DNA of 64,000 bases from a virus (lineage: Duplodnaviria; Caudoviricetes). Of this stretch, positions 10,001 to 17,394 are shown in pieces (position 1 is the first letter of the stretch; each line of letters begins with the position of its first letter). The DNA is taken from the IMG/VR virus record IMGVR_UViG_3300048502_000015, positions 64,001 through 128,000 of that record. One strand, written 5' to 3'. The notes beneath the pieces are model-generated. The model worked only from the letters and a program-made list of their open reading frames with translations. It was not told where the DNA came from and ran no database searches. The position numbers and the translations under genes are program-made.

Positions 10001-10364
10001 TATTCTAGAACGACACAAGGAGGATATCCAGGACCTTGATAGTTATTCAGAAGCCCTAATTCCGTTTGCCGAAAAGGTAATTGACGACGAATACAGTCCA
10101 AGTGAATATTACTACAAAATCTGTGGTATAGTTACTGATATACGACCAACTGTGGTCAAAAAGACTGGTGCCCCAATGGGCATCGTGACAATAGAGTATG
10201 GAAATGATGAGCTTACCTTTGCAGTATTTTCTCACAAATGGGCACAAGACAAATTTTTGTTCAAACATGGAAATGTTGGAATATTCAGGATCAAGCATAC
10301 TGGTCCTACGGAAAAACGAGATCAAGAGGGATACTCTTTTGAAGAAGGTTGGTTATTGAAATAA
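7038..10364 (+). CDS. dnaE: DNA polymerase III alpha subunit
   Basis: PHP domain (HNHSHYSQLDG, TDHG, NDAHY), GPGRGSSAGS, PDIDTDF, YQEQV and SFNKSHAVAY, plus a C-terminal OB fold. Confidence 0.97.
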   Translation: MSIVPLHNHSHYSQLDGFSTPEEIAERCVQIGCSCCGLTDHGVVTGHLDFSKQLTKRGIKPIYGCELYHGVVPHNNIGKGRDQAHLIALAMTDEGLKNLWRLVNATASRERFHQVGRINWEDLEKYREGLVVTSACALGLVPKNVVHGDYDYLNRYLDIFGDNFYIEIHTYPTNKDFIDKDSDEVSNMGIINEALISVAQERGLPMVYANDAHYAFPEQYPQHDLYLALQTGQTVFTPVEDRKQWHPPGAVSIMDEVGVRNALDYLPDYVIDEALANSVAIGERANAGLPKTGRHLPVFVPADCPFLDEEQATKTAEELFVELVEQGLYHRYGEEPSSEVWERAVYEMETLIKDNIHHYFLMGWDEIKFAEGEGIEIGPGRGSSAGSIVAYALGITDVDPLHYGLIFERFWNSGRTDGFPDIDTDFARSGRPKIREYLIERWGINRVCSIGTVGRMKPKAVVDKLHKGCGISYSEADALKKILDGTRDLEIHGADQIGWNPDIEPGKVIYVKEDVGEAIDQWIVAEPSRQKLRQLFIDMCEQCCSRVEGYGIHASGIVISDIDLADYAPAYLRGGKEEGIPATMFPMAEIEKLGLNKLDVLGLATLDTLDIWKKQMAKQGVDITWSGLDKEDHPHGMWKLLADGICAGIFQVEQGYPKQLCEKMKPETVEDLAVLVALNRPGPIGEKIPESYIARRLGKEEVTYPHPILEEILKPTYGLFVYQEQVIAFYNAIGYTLHEADAVRKILGKKKPEELAALYDGSGEWEGRSYPSMAQVAGIPRDRADAIWKTLERFASYSFNKSHAVAYGIIAFRTAFAKYYGTAEFYASNIQIVEDKKRKKMLPKYVSEGRRYFNIQTLPPDIILSDEKTSVIDGNVYLGFSDVKGVKSSGSVIVAMRKEGKYDLSSPETFLNQLEIANKEFAKAKKEAAANGTPWGKEIKSPKQQIDKAKIQALLDVGAWGQDDVSLKDIQFFESELLHVTLTDNVDAILERHKEDIQDLDSYSEALIPFAEKVIDDEYSPSEYYYKICGIVTDIRPTVVKKTGAPMGIVTIEYGNDELTFAVFSHKWAQDKFLFKHGNVGIFRIKHTGPTEKRDQEGYSFEEGWLLK

Positions 10365-11437
10365 TGGCAGAAGCAGTTAACGCAAAACTTGAAAAGGCCG
10401 TGGCAGCAACGGTTACTAAATTTGGTCATAAGTCGGCAAGCCTTGGAAGCGAGAAGTATGAACTGAATGTTGTTCCTTCTCCTTCTATCATGCTCGACTA
10501 CATGCTTGGGATTGGAGGATTTCCATACGGTCACATGGTAGAGATTTTCGGCTCGAATGGGCTTGGAAAAACGAGTGCCCTTCTTTATGGAACCCTTGCT
10601 AATGTACAACGTCAGGGAAAGCTTCCGGCTCTTATCGCTATGGAGCCTACATTTGATGCTAAGTGGGCACAGAAGCTTCACGGATTAGATCCCGATCTTC
10701 TTTTGATCAATCGTCCAGACAATGCTGAAGAAGCAATGGAGATGCTTTACGATCTTGTCTTCGGCGGTCTTGTAGATTACATTGGGATTGATTCTGTAGG
10801 GGCCATGGGAACCAAATCAGAGGCCGAAGGTGGAGGAAAGAGGGCTTATGGTCCATCGGGCGTAATTACTAGCGGATTGAATGCCACGATTCCCCGACTA
10901 TATCGAAACAACATGGGATTGATGATTATCAACCAGCAACGTCAATCTGGAAGTTTCCAAGGAAATACGACCTTTGAATCTCCCGGTGGAGAAGGTCTGA
11001 AGCATCACGCTATGATTCGTATTCAGCTAAAGCCAGGGAAGGGTCGATATATGGCTAAAGTTGATGGAGAGAACATCATGGTCGGTCGTACCCTAAGCTG
11101 CACCTTCAAGAAGAACAAGCTGGCTATGGCTTCTAATAAGAAGGCCGATTTTGATTTCTTCCACATTGAATCTGCTGAATATGGTTTGGGCGTAGATCAC
11201 ACTAACGATATCCTCAACGTCGGTAAACTAACCGGAGTGATTACTGGAAACGGTTGGTATTATCACTCTACTTTCCCTACAGGAAAGATTAATGGAAAGC
11301 CAGCCATTGCCAAATTCCTCTCCGAAAATCCTCAAGCGCTAGAAGTCATTCGTCAAGAGGTTATGGAGAAGATGATCAATAAGGAACTTCAAGCTGCGGC
11401 AGAACAGGATGAAAGTGGCCAAGCGGGGGACGAATAA
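10364..11437 (+). CDS. recA: RecA-like recombinase
   Basis: EIFGSNGLGKT, IDSVGA, INQQR, PGGEGLKH and KKNK motifs. Confidence 0.93.
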   Translation: MAEAVNAKLEKAVAATVTKFGHKSASLGSEKYELNVVPSPSIMLDYMLGIGGFPYGHMVEIFGSNGLGKTSALLYGTLANVQRQGKLPALIAMEPTFDAKWAQKLHGLDPDLLLINRPDNAEEAMEMLYDLVFGGLVDYIGIDSVGAMGTKSEAEGGGKRAYGPSGVITSGLNATIPRLYRNNMGLMIINQQRQSGSFQGNTTFESPGGEGLKHHAMIRIQLKPGKGRYMAKVDGENIMVGRTLSCTFKKNKLAMASNKKADFDFFHIESAEYGLGVDHTNDILNVGKLTGVITGNGWYYHSTFPTGKINGKPAIAKFLSENPQALEVIRQEVMEKMINKELQAAAEQDESGQAGDE

Positions 11438-11783
11438 GGCTCGAAGCCTTGATCAAGAAAATCACTTGGCTAAACTTTTTGACGGGAAGCGATCCCCATC
11501 ATCTGGAGCAGCCAGTAATGACGCAGGCGACATAAGGTGCGAGAAAATCATGATAGAGGCCAAAGTAACAGGAACCCCAGCTAAGGTCAAACGACCAGCT
11601 TGGCTAAAACAATTTGAAAAAGTAGCGGAGGAAGCATGGCAAGAAGGACGGGAGCCAGTGATGGCTTTCCGTTTCTTTGATCCCGAAAGCATTCTGTCCG
11701 ATTCAGATGGTATCATAGATTTAACGGTTCGGATTTGTGCCGACGACGCTTTAAGAGAGAAAAATTATGTTGAAGTTCGATAG
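11409..11783 (+). CDS. Hjc-like PD-(D/E)XK Holliday junction resolvase
   Basis: E...SGA...GDI...IEAK pattern. Confidence 0.7.
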   Translation: MKVAKRGTNKARSLDQENHLAKLFDGKRSPSSGAASNDAGDIRCEKIMIEAKVTGTPAKVKRPAWLKQFEKVAEEAWQEGREPVMAFRFFDPESILSDSDGIIDLTVRICADDALREKNYVEVR

Positions 11784-12552
11784 CAGTAAGGTCATCAAAG
11801 ACTTAGGTAAGAAGTACAAGCTAGTTCCTTATCTCGATAAGGTGTGGACGACGTTTGATGAATCCTTTGAGTTCTCCTACGAACCAAAGATAACCGATTA
11901 CGGTTGGCATCCATCTGGTCACTGTACGCCCTCTATTTTGGAGCTATATGACTATGCTAAGCCGCTTTACTTGAAAGCAATTAGTGTAAAGTCCTTCTCG
12001 GGTCTTCCGCCCGCTTCTCCTTTACCGGCCAGCACTCGTAAGTCGTTTATCGTTGGCCATTATTGGCATCAGGTACTTCAGCATATAGTCTGTAACAAAC
12101 TTCATTGGTGCGGACCCGAAGATCTCGAACGTAAGGGAATTCGCGCTTGGGGAGATTTATCCGGGGACACTTTTCAACCATTTCATTTTGCTACTGGATC
12201 AGGAGATATCGTTCCTTGCGTCGCTCCTAATTGGACGGGCATCGTTGACATCAAGACAATGAGCGCCAACCAGTTCAAGCAAAATGGCATTCCGGCTTGG
12301 GCCGCAGACAAATACGAATGCCAAATGAACATCTACATGGACTTTTTTGATCAAGACAACGCTATAATCCTTGCCGTCAATAAGGATGGCCCCCATGACT
12401 TCAAGGAATTCATGTTTCAAAGGAATCAAGATTTGATAGATACCATTTACGGAAAATGGGAATTTGTCAGCCATTGCTTAGACATTGGCGAAGCCCCAAC
12501 CGAGGAAGATGATTTGTTATTTCCAATAATAACCAAGGGTCCGACAATCTAA
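11767..12552 (+). CDS. Cas4/RecB-like PD-(D/E)XK exonuclease
   Basis: HPSGHC, GHYWH, GSGD...IVDIKT and QMNIYM motifs. Confidence 0.75.
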   Translation: MLKFDSSKVIKDLGKKYKLVPYLDKVWTTFDESFEFSYEPKITDYGWHPSGHCTPSILELYDYAKPLYLKAISVKSFSGLPPASPLPASTRKSFIVGHYWHQVLQHIVCNKLHWCGPEDLERKGIRAWGDLSGDTFQPFHFATGSGDIVPCVAPNWTGIVDIKTMSANQFKQNGIPAWAADKYECQMNIYMDFFDQDNAIILAVNKDGPHDFKEFMFQRNQDLIDTIYGKWEFVSHCLDIGEAPTEEDDLLFPIITKGPTI

Positions 12553-13070
12553 GGGTCCTCTCCTTCGACCCAGGAGCCGAGAAAGCAGGCTGGGCTGTTA
12601 TTGATTCTGGCCCAACCTATGTTGCTTCCGGAATAGTCAAGTTCCCGCGCGGCAAAACTCCTTTTCAGAAGTATCGTCTACTCCTAGCTGAGTATTGGGT
12701 TGAATATGCCTACGATCTACTTCTAACCTATTTACCCGACCTTGTTGTTACCGAGACAGTTCCCTCGACCGGGGCTAACAACATGTCCCAGCTATATCTA
12801 GCTAACGTGATGGCTAGCACAGTTCATGCTGTTGGTTACTTTAACAGTAAATCGCTGACCGTAAAACAGGTTAGCGCTCGGTCTGTACAGTCTAAGATCG
12901 CCATTAGGGGACGATCCTCTAAGATCACTAAGGTAAATGTCCGAGATGGTGTTCTCAGCATTCTTCCTGAGTTAGCCCACAAGAAGCCCGAATGGATCAA
13001 GACCGGCATATCTGAGGAGAGCGATGCGCTCGCCATTGGGTTGTACGCCCACAAATTTCCTATCAAATAA
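12519..13070 (+). CDS. ruvC: RuvC-like Holliday junction resolvase; start non-canonical or uncertain
   Basis: The frame of 12783..13070 is open from 12513 and encodes RVLSFDPGAEKAGWAVID...PDLVVTE...EESDALAIG. No ATG, GTG or TTG precedes the first catalytic Asp. Confidence 0.75.
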   Translation: MSNNNQGSDNLRVLSFDPGAEKAGWAVIDSGPTYVASGIVKFPRGKTPFQKYRLLLAEYWVEYAYDLLLTYLPDLVVTETVPSTGANNMSQLYLANVMASTVHAVGYFNSKSLTVKQVSARSVQSKIAIRGRSSKITKVNVRDGVLSILPELAHKKPEWIKTGISEESDALAIGLYAHKFPIK

Positions 13071-13079
13071 TAGGCGAGA

Positions 13080-13115
13080 TTGCAATGTTAATTAACGTAT
13101 GTTACACTAATCTTA
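13080..13115 (+). promoter_or_regulatory. SigmaA promoter with a palindromic spacer; leaderless
   Basis: TTGCAA, 17 nt, TACACT (extended TG), then 7 nt to ATG 13116; GTTAATTAAC palindrome at 13087-13096. Confidence 0.75.
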
Positions 13116-13514
13116 ATGGAAGACAAAAATAAGCCAACGAAGGCTACCGAAATACCAGCGCATCTTATTTTAAGAGAAGTGCTTAGACACTATACTGAGT
13201 TCAAGGCATATGTGACATCTCATATGGATGACCACATTATTGAGCACAGTTACTACGTAGACGAGGAGGATGGAACAAAAAGGAAAGTTACAGTATCGAT
13301 ATCGTTTTGGGATCTTCAGGGAGCTTTAGCTGAACTTGCCCCAAGAAAAAGAGAAGCTGTTTTTTGGAATGTAATTATGGACTATAAGCAGAAGGATGCC
13401 GCAAGGATAATGGGCATTACGACCGTCAGTATAGGTCAGTATACCTCTGCCTCAATGGAACAGATTGCGGCCAAGCTTTTCAGTAGTGAACACCTAACCG
13501 AAGAAACTTTATGA
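13116..13514 (+). CDS. Sigma70 region-4-like HTH transcription factor
   Basis: ALAELAPRKREAVFW...KQKDAARIMGITTVSI matches the sigma region-4 HTH pattern. Confidence 0.75.
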   Translation: MEDKNKPTKATEIPAHLILREVLRHYTEFKAYVTSHMDDHIIEHSYYVDEEDGTKRKVTVSISFWDLQGALAELAPRKREAVFWNVIMDYKQKDAARIMGITTVSIGQYTSASMEQIAAKLFSSEHLTEETL

Positions 13515-14263
13515 CAGAAGATTTAGAAGAAGTAGAATTAGACGACGAGGATCTTGATGAAGACGAGGAAGCCGGATTTAACCCAGAAGGGGATTATTCT
13601 AAACTGGAACTTGAAGATTGGGCAAACCAACTATTGTTGGAGGATGTCAACCGAGAGTTATGTCCTCAATGTAAGGCTAACAATAGAGCCAACCCCAAAA
13701 AATTTCCGAACGAAATTCCTTATGGTTCGGAAACGGGGGTTATTGAAGCCATGCCCCAGTTCCATAAAAGCGGCGATCCAATTGTGGACGAGAATGAAAA
13801 CCAACTATATATCGACTATCCAGAATACGTCTGTGAACTAGGACACAAGTGGTATAAAGGAGAGGGTCCTCGAAGAGACTGGAAGGGGCCGAATCAGGTT
13901 CTTTCAAAGAGCCATTTGGAAAACCGGCAACGAAGAGAAATTCAAAGTTCCTTTGGAACGGCTGATCCCGCCTTTACCCTTAACAAGAATGGCCAACCGG
14001 GGATTTACAATCGTGTAGGCGAGGGTGGAAGAAAACAAAACACCGACGAACAGCGGAAGAAGAATGGAGCGTCCTTTTTTGGAAGCTCTAGTCCCGCCGA
14101 ATCCTGGGGATGGCGTCTTTCGGAACATCAAAAAGAGGAAAAGACCTCAGAAGTCAAATCAAGAATTCTTACTCCTGAAGAGCTAGCCGCCCTTCCGCGA
14201 GGACGAAACTCCTTATTCGGAGAAGAGAAGCGAGATCTACGACAGTTCGTGATGCCAAAATGA
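13511..14263 (+). CDS. Hypothetical protein with an acidic N-terminus and a possible zinc ribbon
   Basis: CPQC...CELGHKW; ATGA overlaps on both sides. Confidence 0.65.
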   Translation: MTEDLEEVELDDEDLDEDEEAGFNPEGDYSKLELEDWANQLLLEDVNRELCPQCKANNRANPKKFPNEIPYGSETGVIEAMPQFHKSGDPIVDENENQLYIDYPEYVCELGHKWYKGEGPRRDWKGPNQVLSKSHLENRQRREIQSSFGTADPAFTLNKNGQPGIYNRVGEGGRKQNTDEQRKKNGASFFGSSSPAESWGWRLSEHQKEEKTSEVKSRILTPEELAALPRGRNSLFGEEKRDLRQFVMPK

Positions 14264-15045
14264 ACGATCTAACCGTATCAGACGAAGAGCGAAAGAAGCG
14301 TCAAGAGATTCTGGAAAGTAAGGGACTTGAAGGCGTCAAAAAGAAATGGGAAAATGAAGATCGTGCTGCCCTTGAGTTAGCTCAGTCTCGTTATGCTCCC
14401 CCTATTTTTGTGGAACCAAGATGTGCTATTTGTGCCGGGGATTATGCTCAATGGCGAGTATGGATTGAACAGCAACTCTATAAAGGACGCGCCTATAGTG
14501 CTATCGCTAGGGCTATTCCTCCAGTGAATAATCGTCCCCTGGATCGTCGTACTGTAAGTACCCATTTAGACAAACATGTAAAGCTGGACGAAGCAATTGT
14601 TCGCGCAACTCTAAATGAAGAGGCAACCGTTATCGGCCAGAACTTCCAAGAGGGTGTCAAAGGAGCAATCACTGACCGAGGAATCGTCAAGGTTCTTATC
14701 CAAAAGGCTTATGAAGATGCGATGGCCGGGATTACAACGGTTGAACCCAAGGACCTCATCCAGCTAATCAAGCTTAGCCAGGAGTTTGAGTCCGGGAATA
14801 CCGACCTTCAATATCGAGAAGCCGAAAATGCTGTACGAATTTTCATGAATGCAATCAAAAATGTTATGCTTAGTGAAACGTTTTTTGATAAGGAAGTCGG
14901 TAACACCATCCTTGTAGCCATTCAAGATGAGGTTCGTGATCTCCGAACTAAAGACGAAATTGAAGCTTCTCTAGAAAGCCGTCTAGGACTACCTATCCCG
15001 GACGCAGAAGTAATTGATGACCCAACGATACCAAATACTGAATGA
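14260..15045 (+). CDS. Hypothetical zinc-finger/HTH protein (possibly terminase small subunit-like)
   Basis: CAIC...AYSAIARAI...HLDKH; the function is a weak inference. Confidence 0.55.
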   Translation: MNDLTVSDEERKKRQEILESKGLEGVKKKWENEDRAALELAQSRYAPPIFVEPRCAICAGDYAQWRVWIEQQLYKGRAYSAIARAIPPVNNRPLDRRTVSTHLDKHVKLDEAIVRATLNEEATVIGQNFQEGVKGAITDRGIVKVLIQKAYEDAMAGITTVEPKDLIQLIKLSQEFESGNTDLQYREAENAVRIFMNAIKNVMLSETFFDKEVGNTILVAIQDEVRDLRTKDEIEASLESRLGLPIPDAEVIDDPTIPNTE

Positions 15046-16960
15046 AGAACTCTCGGATCAATTAGCTAGCGCTGATCGAGCCGAACAAGCAAATTGGTTA
15101 ATTCTTGGTCCCAGTCCGGACTTTATCGGGCAATGGGAAGTAGATTCTCTGTGGCCGGATTACTTCTTCGATTTTGAAGACGTTATCGGTTCCTATCGTT
15201 CTATCTCTCCTTCGCGTTTAGACCAACTGTTTGATCGTGCTGAGGGAGCGGGTTACCACGTTGCCTTTGTAGAAGATCCGATTACCATTCTCGATGATTA
15301 TGCTCATCTTCAAGATCCCCCTCCGTTTTCCATTCATTCAACACTTGACAACACCATAAATGGGTTTCTCCCTTGGCAGATCATAGGGTTTAACAAGTTA
15401 ATCAAAAACGAGTCAATTGGGGCTGGCCTTTTTTGCTACGACACGGGTTCAGGAAAAACGTTGATGATAATTTGTGCCCTTTTGTGGCACAACGGATACA
15501 GCAAACACAACTATGATTTGGGCTTGATTGTCGTCAAGTCTAATAACAAGGTTGACACACAGCGAAAGCTCAAAAATCTTGCCGGAATTGAATCGATTAT
15601 CGTAGACGGAACTCCTACAAAGAGAATGGCTATCTATGATTCTGTTCTCGAAAAGATGAACAACTTTGAACCCGTAGTCGTCATTCTCAACTACGAAAAA
15701 TTCCGCGAAGATTACGACATGATCAAAAGTCTGGTTTCAGGCAAAAAGGTTTTGGCATTTTGGGACGAAGCTCCGACAAAATTGAGTAATCGAAATTCGG
15801 TGCTATACAAAAAGGTGAAGAAGTCAATTTATGACAATTTCCCCTCGAAGCCTCGACCATCCTGGATACGTCATTGGGAATTGACGGCAACCCCGATTCA
15901 AAATACCCCAATGGATCAGTATTCAGTAACGAGGTTGATCAACCCTCCTCTTCTCGGAACCGTATCAGAGTTTGAGGCCGAATATGTGACCTACAAGAAC
16001 CCCCTTTCCGGGAAACCTCAGACTTTCAAAAATCTCGATAAGCTTGAAGCGAAATTAGGCTACATGACTCACCGAGTATCAAGATCTGATCCGGAAGTGG
16101 CCAAGATGTTCCCGGCCATTGTTTATGATCCTATCACAATCGACTGGAACGATAAACACCGAAAGGTTTATGATCGCTTGACGGGAAAGGCTAAGGATCT
16201 TCTTGAATCGGAAGACTTTTCTGAAGACAACGTTCTATCAATCATCCAGGTCATGCAGATGATTTGTGATGCCCCAACGATGGTGCAACAATCGGCTTCT
16301 AATCGACAGGCGTTTGAAACCTCTCTAATTACTCCGTTTAACGAAGATGGACCAATCCCTAACTTTAGTGGACCAAAAGGCTCAGAGGTCGCGCTGAAGC
16401 TACTAGAGGGCATATCTGTAAACGAATTAACCAACGATGGCCATACCAAGATTGAAACATGGCGGGAAATCTTGATGGAGAAACATCCTGACGAGAAAAT
16501 CATTACCCATATGACCTGGGCCGGATATGGATTTCCTCCTTTGACTAAGAAATTAGACGAGTGGGGAATCTCCTATATTTGCTATGTCGGAACGGACAAG
16601 CAGAAACAGGAAGCTCTTGATTCTTTCCGAGATGACCCATCGATTCGCATATTTCTAACAGGAGATTCGGGAGCAGATGGAATCGATATTGCCCAAGCAA
16701 CTGTAGGAATCAACTACAACTATCCGTGGACTTGGGTTAAGGTCGAACAACGAGAGGGTAGACGTAATCGAGTGAACTCGTTAAACAAGACCATCTATAC
16801 TTACGATCTGATAATGGCCAACTCTATTGATGAACGCAAGAGAGAAATCATCGACCAAAAGCACGAATATCATGTTGCCCTATTTGAAGGACGTGCTGCC
16901 GATTTTGCCCAAAGCGCAAGGGTAGGGCGTGAAGAATTGCTGTACGTACTTTTTGGTTAA
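15017..16960 (+). CDS. SNF2-like SF2 helicase
   Basis: PWQ, DTGSGKT, NYEK, DEAP, LTATPIQN, GADGIDI and QREGRRNR motifs. Confidence 0.9.
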   Translation: MTQRYQILNEELSDQLASADRAEQANWLILGPSPDFIGQWEVDSLWPDYFFDFEDVIGSYRSISPSRLDQLFDRAEGAGYHVAFVEDPITILDDYAHLQDPPPFSIHSTLDNTINGFLPWQIIGFNKLIKNESIGAGLFCYDTGSGKTLMIICALLWHNGYSKHNYDLGLIVVKSNNKVDTQRKLKNLAGIESIIVDGTPTKRMAIYDSVLEKMNNFEPVVVILNYEKFREDYDMIKSLVSGKKVLAFWDEAPTKLSNRNSVLYKKVKKSIYDNFPSKPRPSWIRHWELTATPIQNTPMDQYSVTRLINPPLLGTVSEFEAEYVTYKNPLSGKPQTFKNLDKLEAKLGYMTHRVSRSDPEVAKMFPAIVYDPITIDWNDKHRKVYDRLTGKAKDLLESEDFSEDNVLSIIQVMQMICDAPTMVQQSASNRQAFETSLITPFNEDGPIPNFSGPKGSEVALKLLEGISVNELTNDGHTKIETWREILMEKHPDEKIITHMTWAGYGFPPLTKKLDEWGISYICYVGTDKQKQEALDSFRDDPSIRIFLTGDSGADGIDIAQATVGINYNYPWTWVKVEQREGRRNRVNSLNKTIYTYDLIMANSIDERKREIIDQKHEYHVALFEGRAADFAQSARVGREELLYVLFG

Positions 16961-17394
16961 GAAGAGCGTCGAATAGCAAATGGGGAACCAATTGCCGTAA
17001 TTCCTGCATAAAGGTTGAGTTGTTGTGAACGAGCTATCAGTTGACCCGAATTTGTAGTCACAGAAAGATTAACTTGAAGTCCGGGAATTACAAACTGATA
17101 AATGTGAGAAACGGTTTGTCCATAACCAATTACCCCATCACCAAAATCCCAACGATATTGTATTATTGTTACGCCAGGAGGGACGGTAAGTTTAGGAAGT
17201 CCTAGGCTAGCCGAATCTGTTGCATAAAAGGTAATCGCATTTCCTGTAGGCGTTTCAACACTTTGATATTGAGCGCCAGAAGGAGGATAAGAAACACCGT
17301 CCTCTACAAATGAAGGGAGAGCCGTAGAGGGTGTCCAACCAAAATTACAAATTACCGGAGCGGTATAAATGGGGATATCGTTAATTGTACTCAT
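16957..17394 (-). CDS. PKD-domain virion protein
   Basis: IIQYRWDFGDG...TVSHIY PKD signature. Confidence 0.75.
   Translation of the reverse strand: MSTINDIPIYTAPVICNFGWTPSTALPSFVEDGVSYPPSGAQYQSVETPTGNAITFYATDSASLGLPKLTVPPGVTIIQYRWDFGDGVIGYGQTVSHIYQFVIPGLQVNLSVTTNSGQLIARSQQLNLYAGITAIGSPFAIRRSS

Noticed and set aside
7038-11437. Inteins or introns in dnaE and recA
   Set aside because: Lengths are normal, motifs are contiguous, and no intein terminal signatures were seen.
11767-12552. Cas4-like gene as evidence of a CRISPR system
   Set aside because: No repeat-spacer array or other cas genes were seen, and solo Cas4/RecB-like nucleases are common in phage recombination modules.
12519-13070. 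RuvC domain as a TnpB/IscB-like RNA-guided nuclease
   Set aside because: It is only about 180 aa, has a contiguous resolvase-type RuvC and no zinc finger, and there is no room for an adjacent guide RNA.
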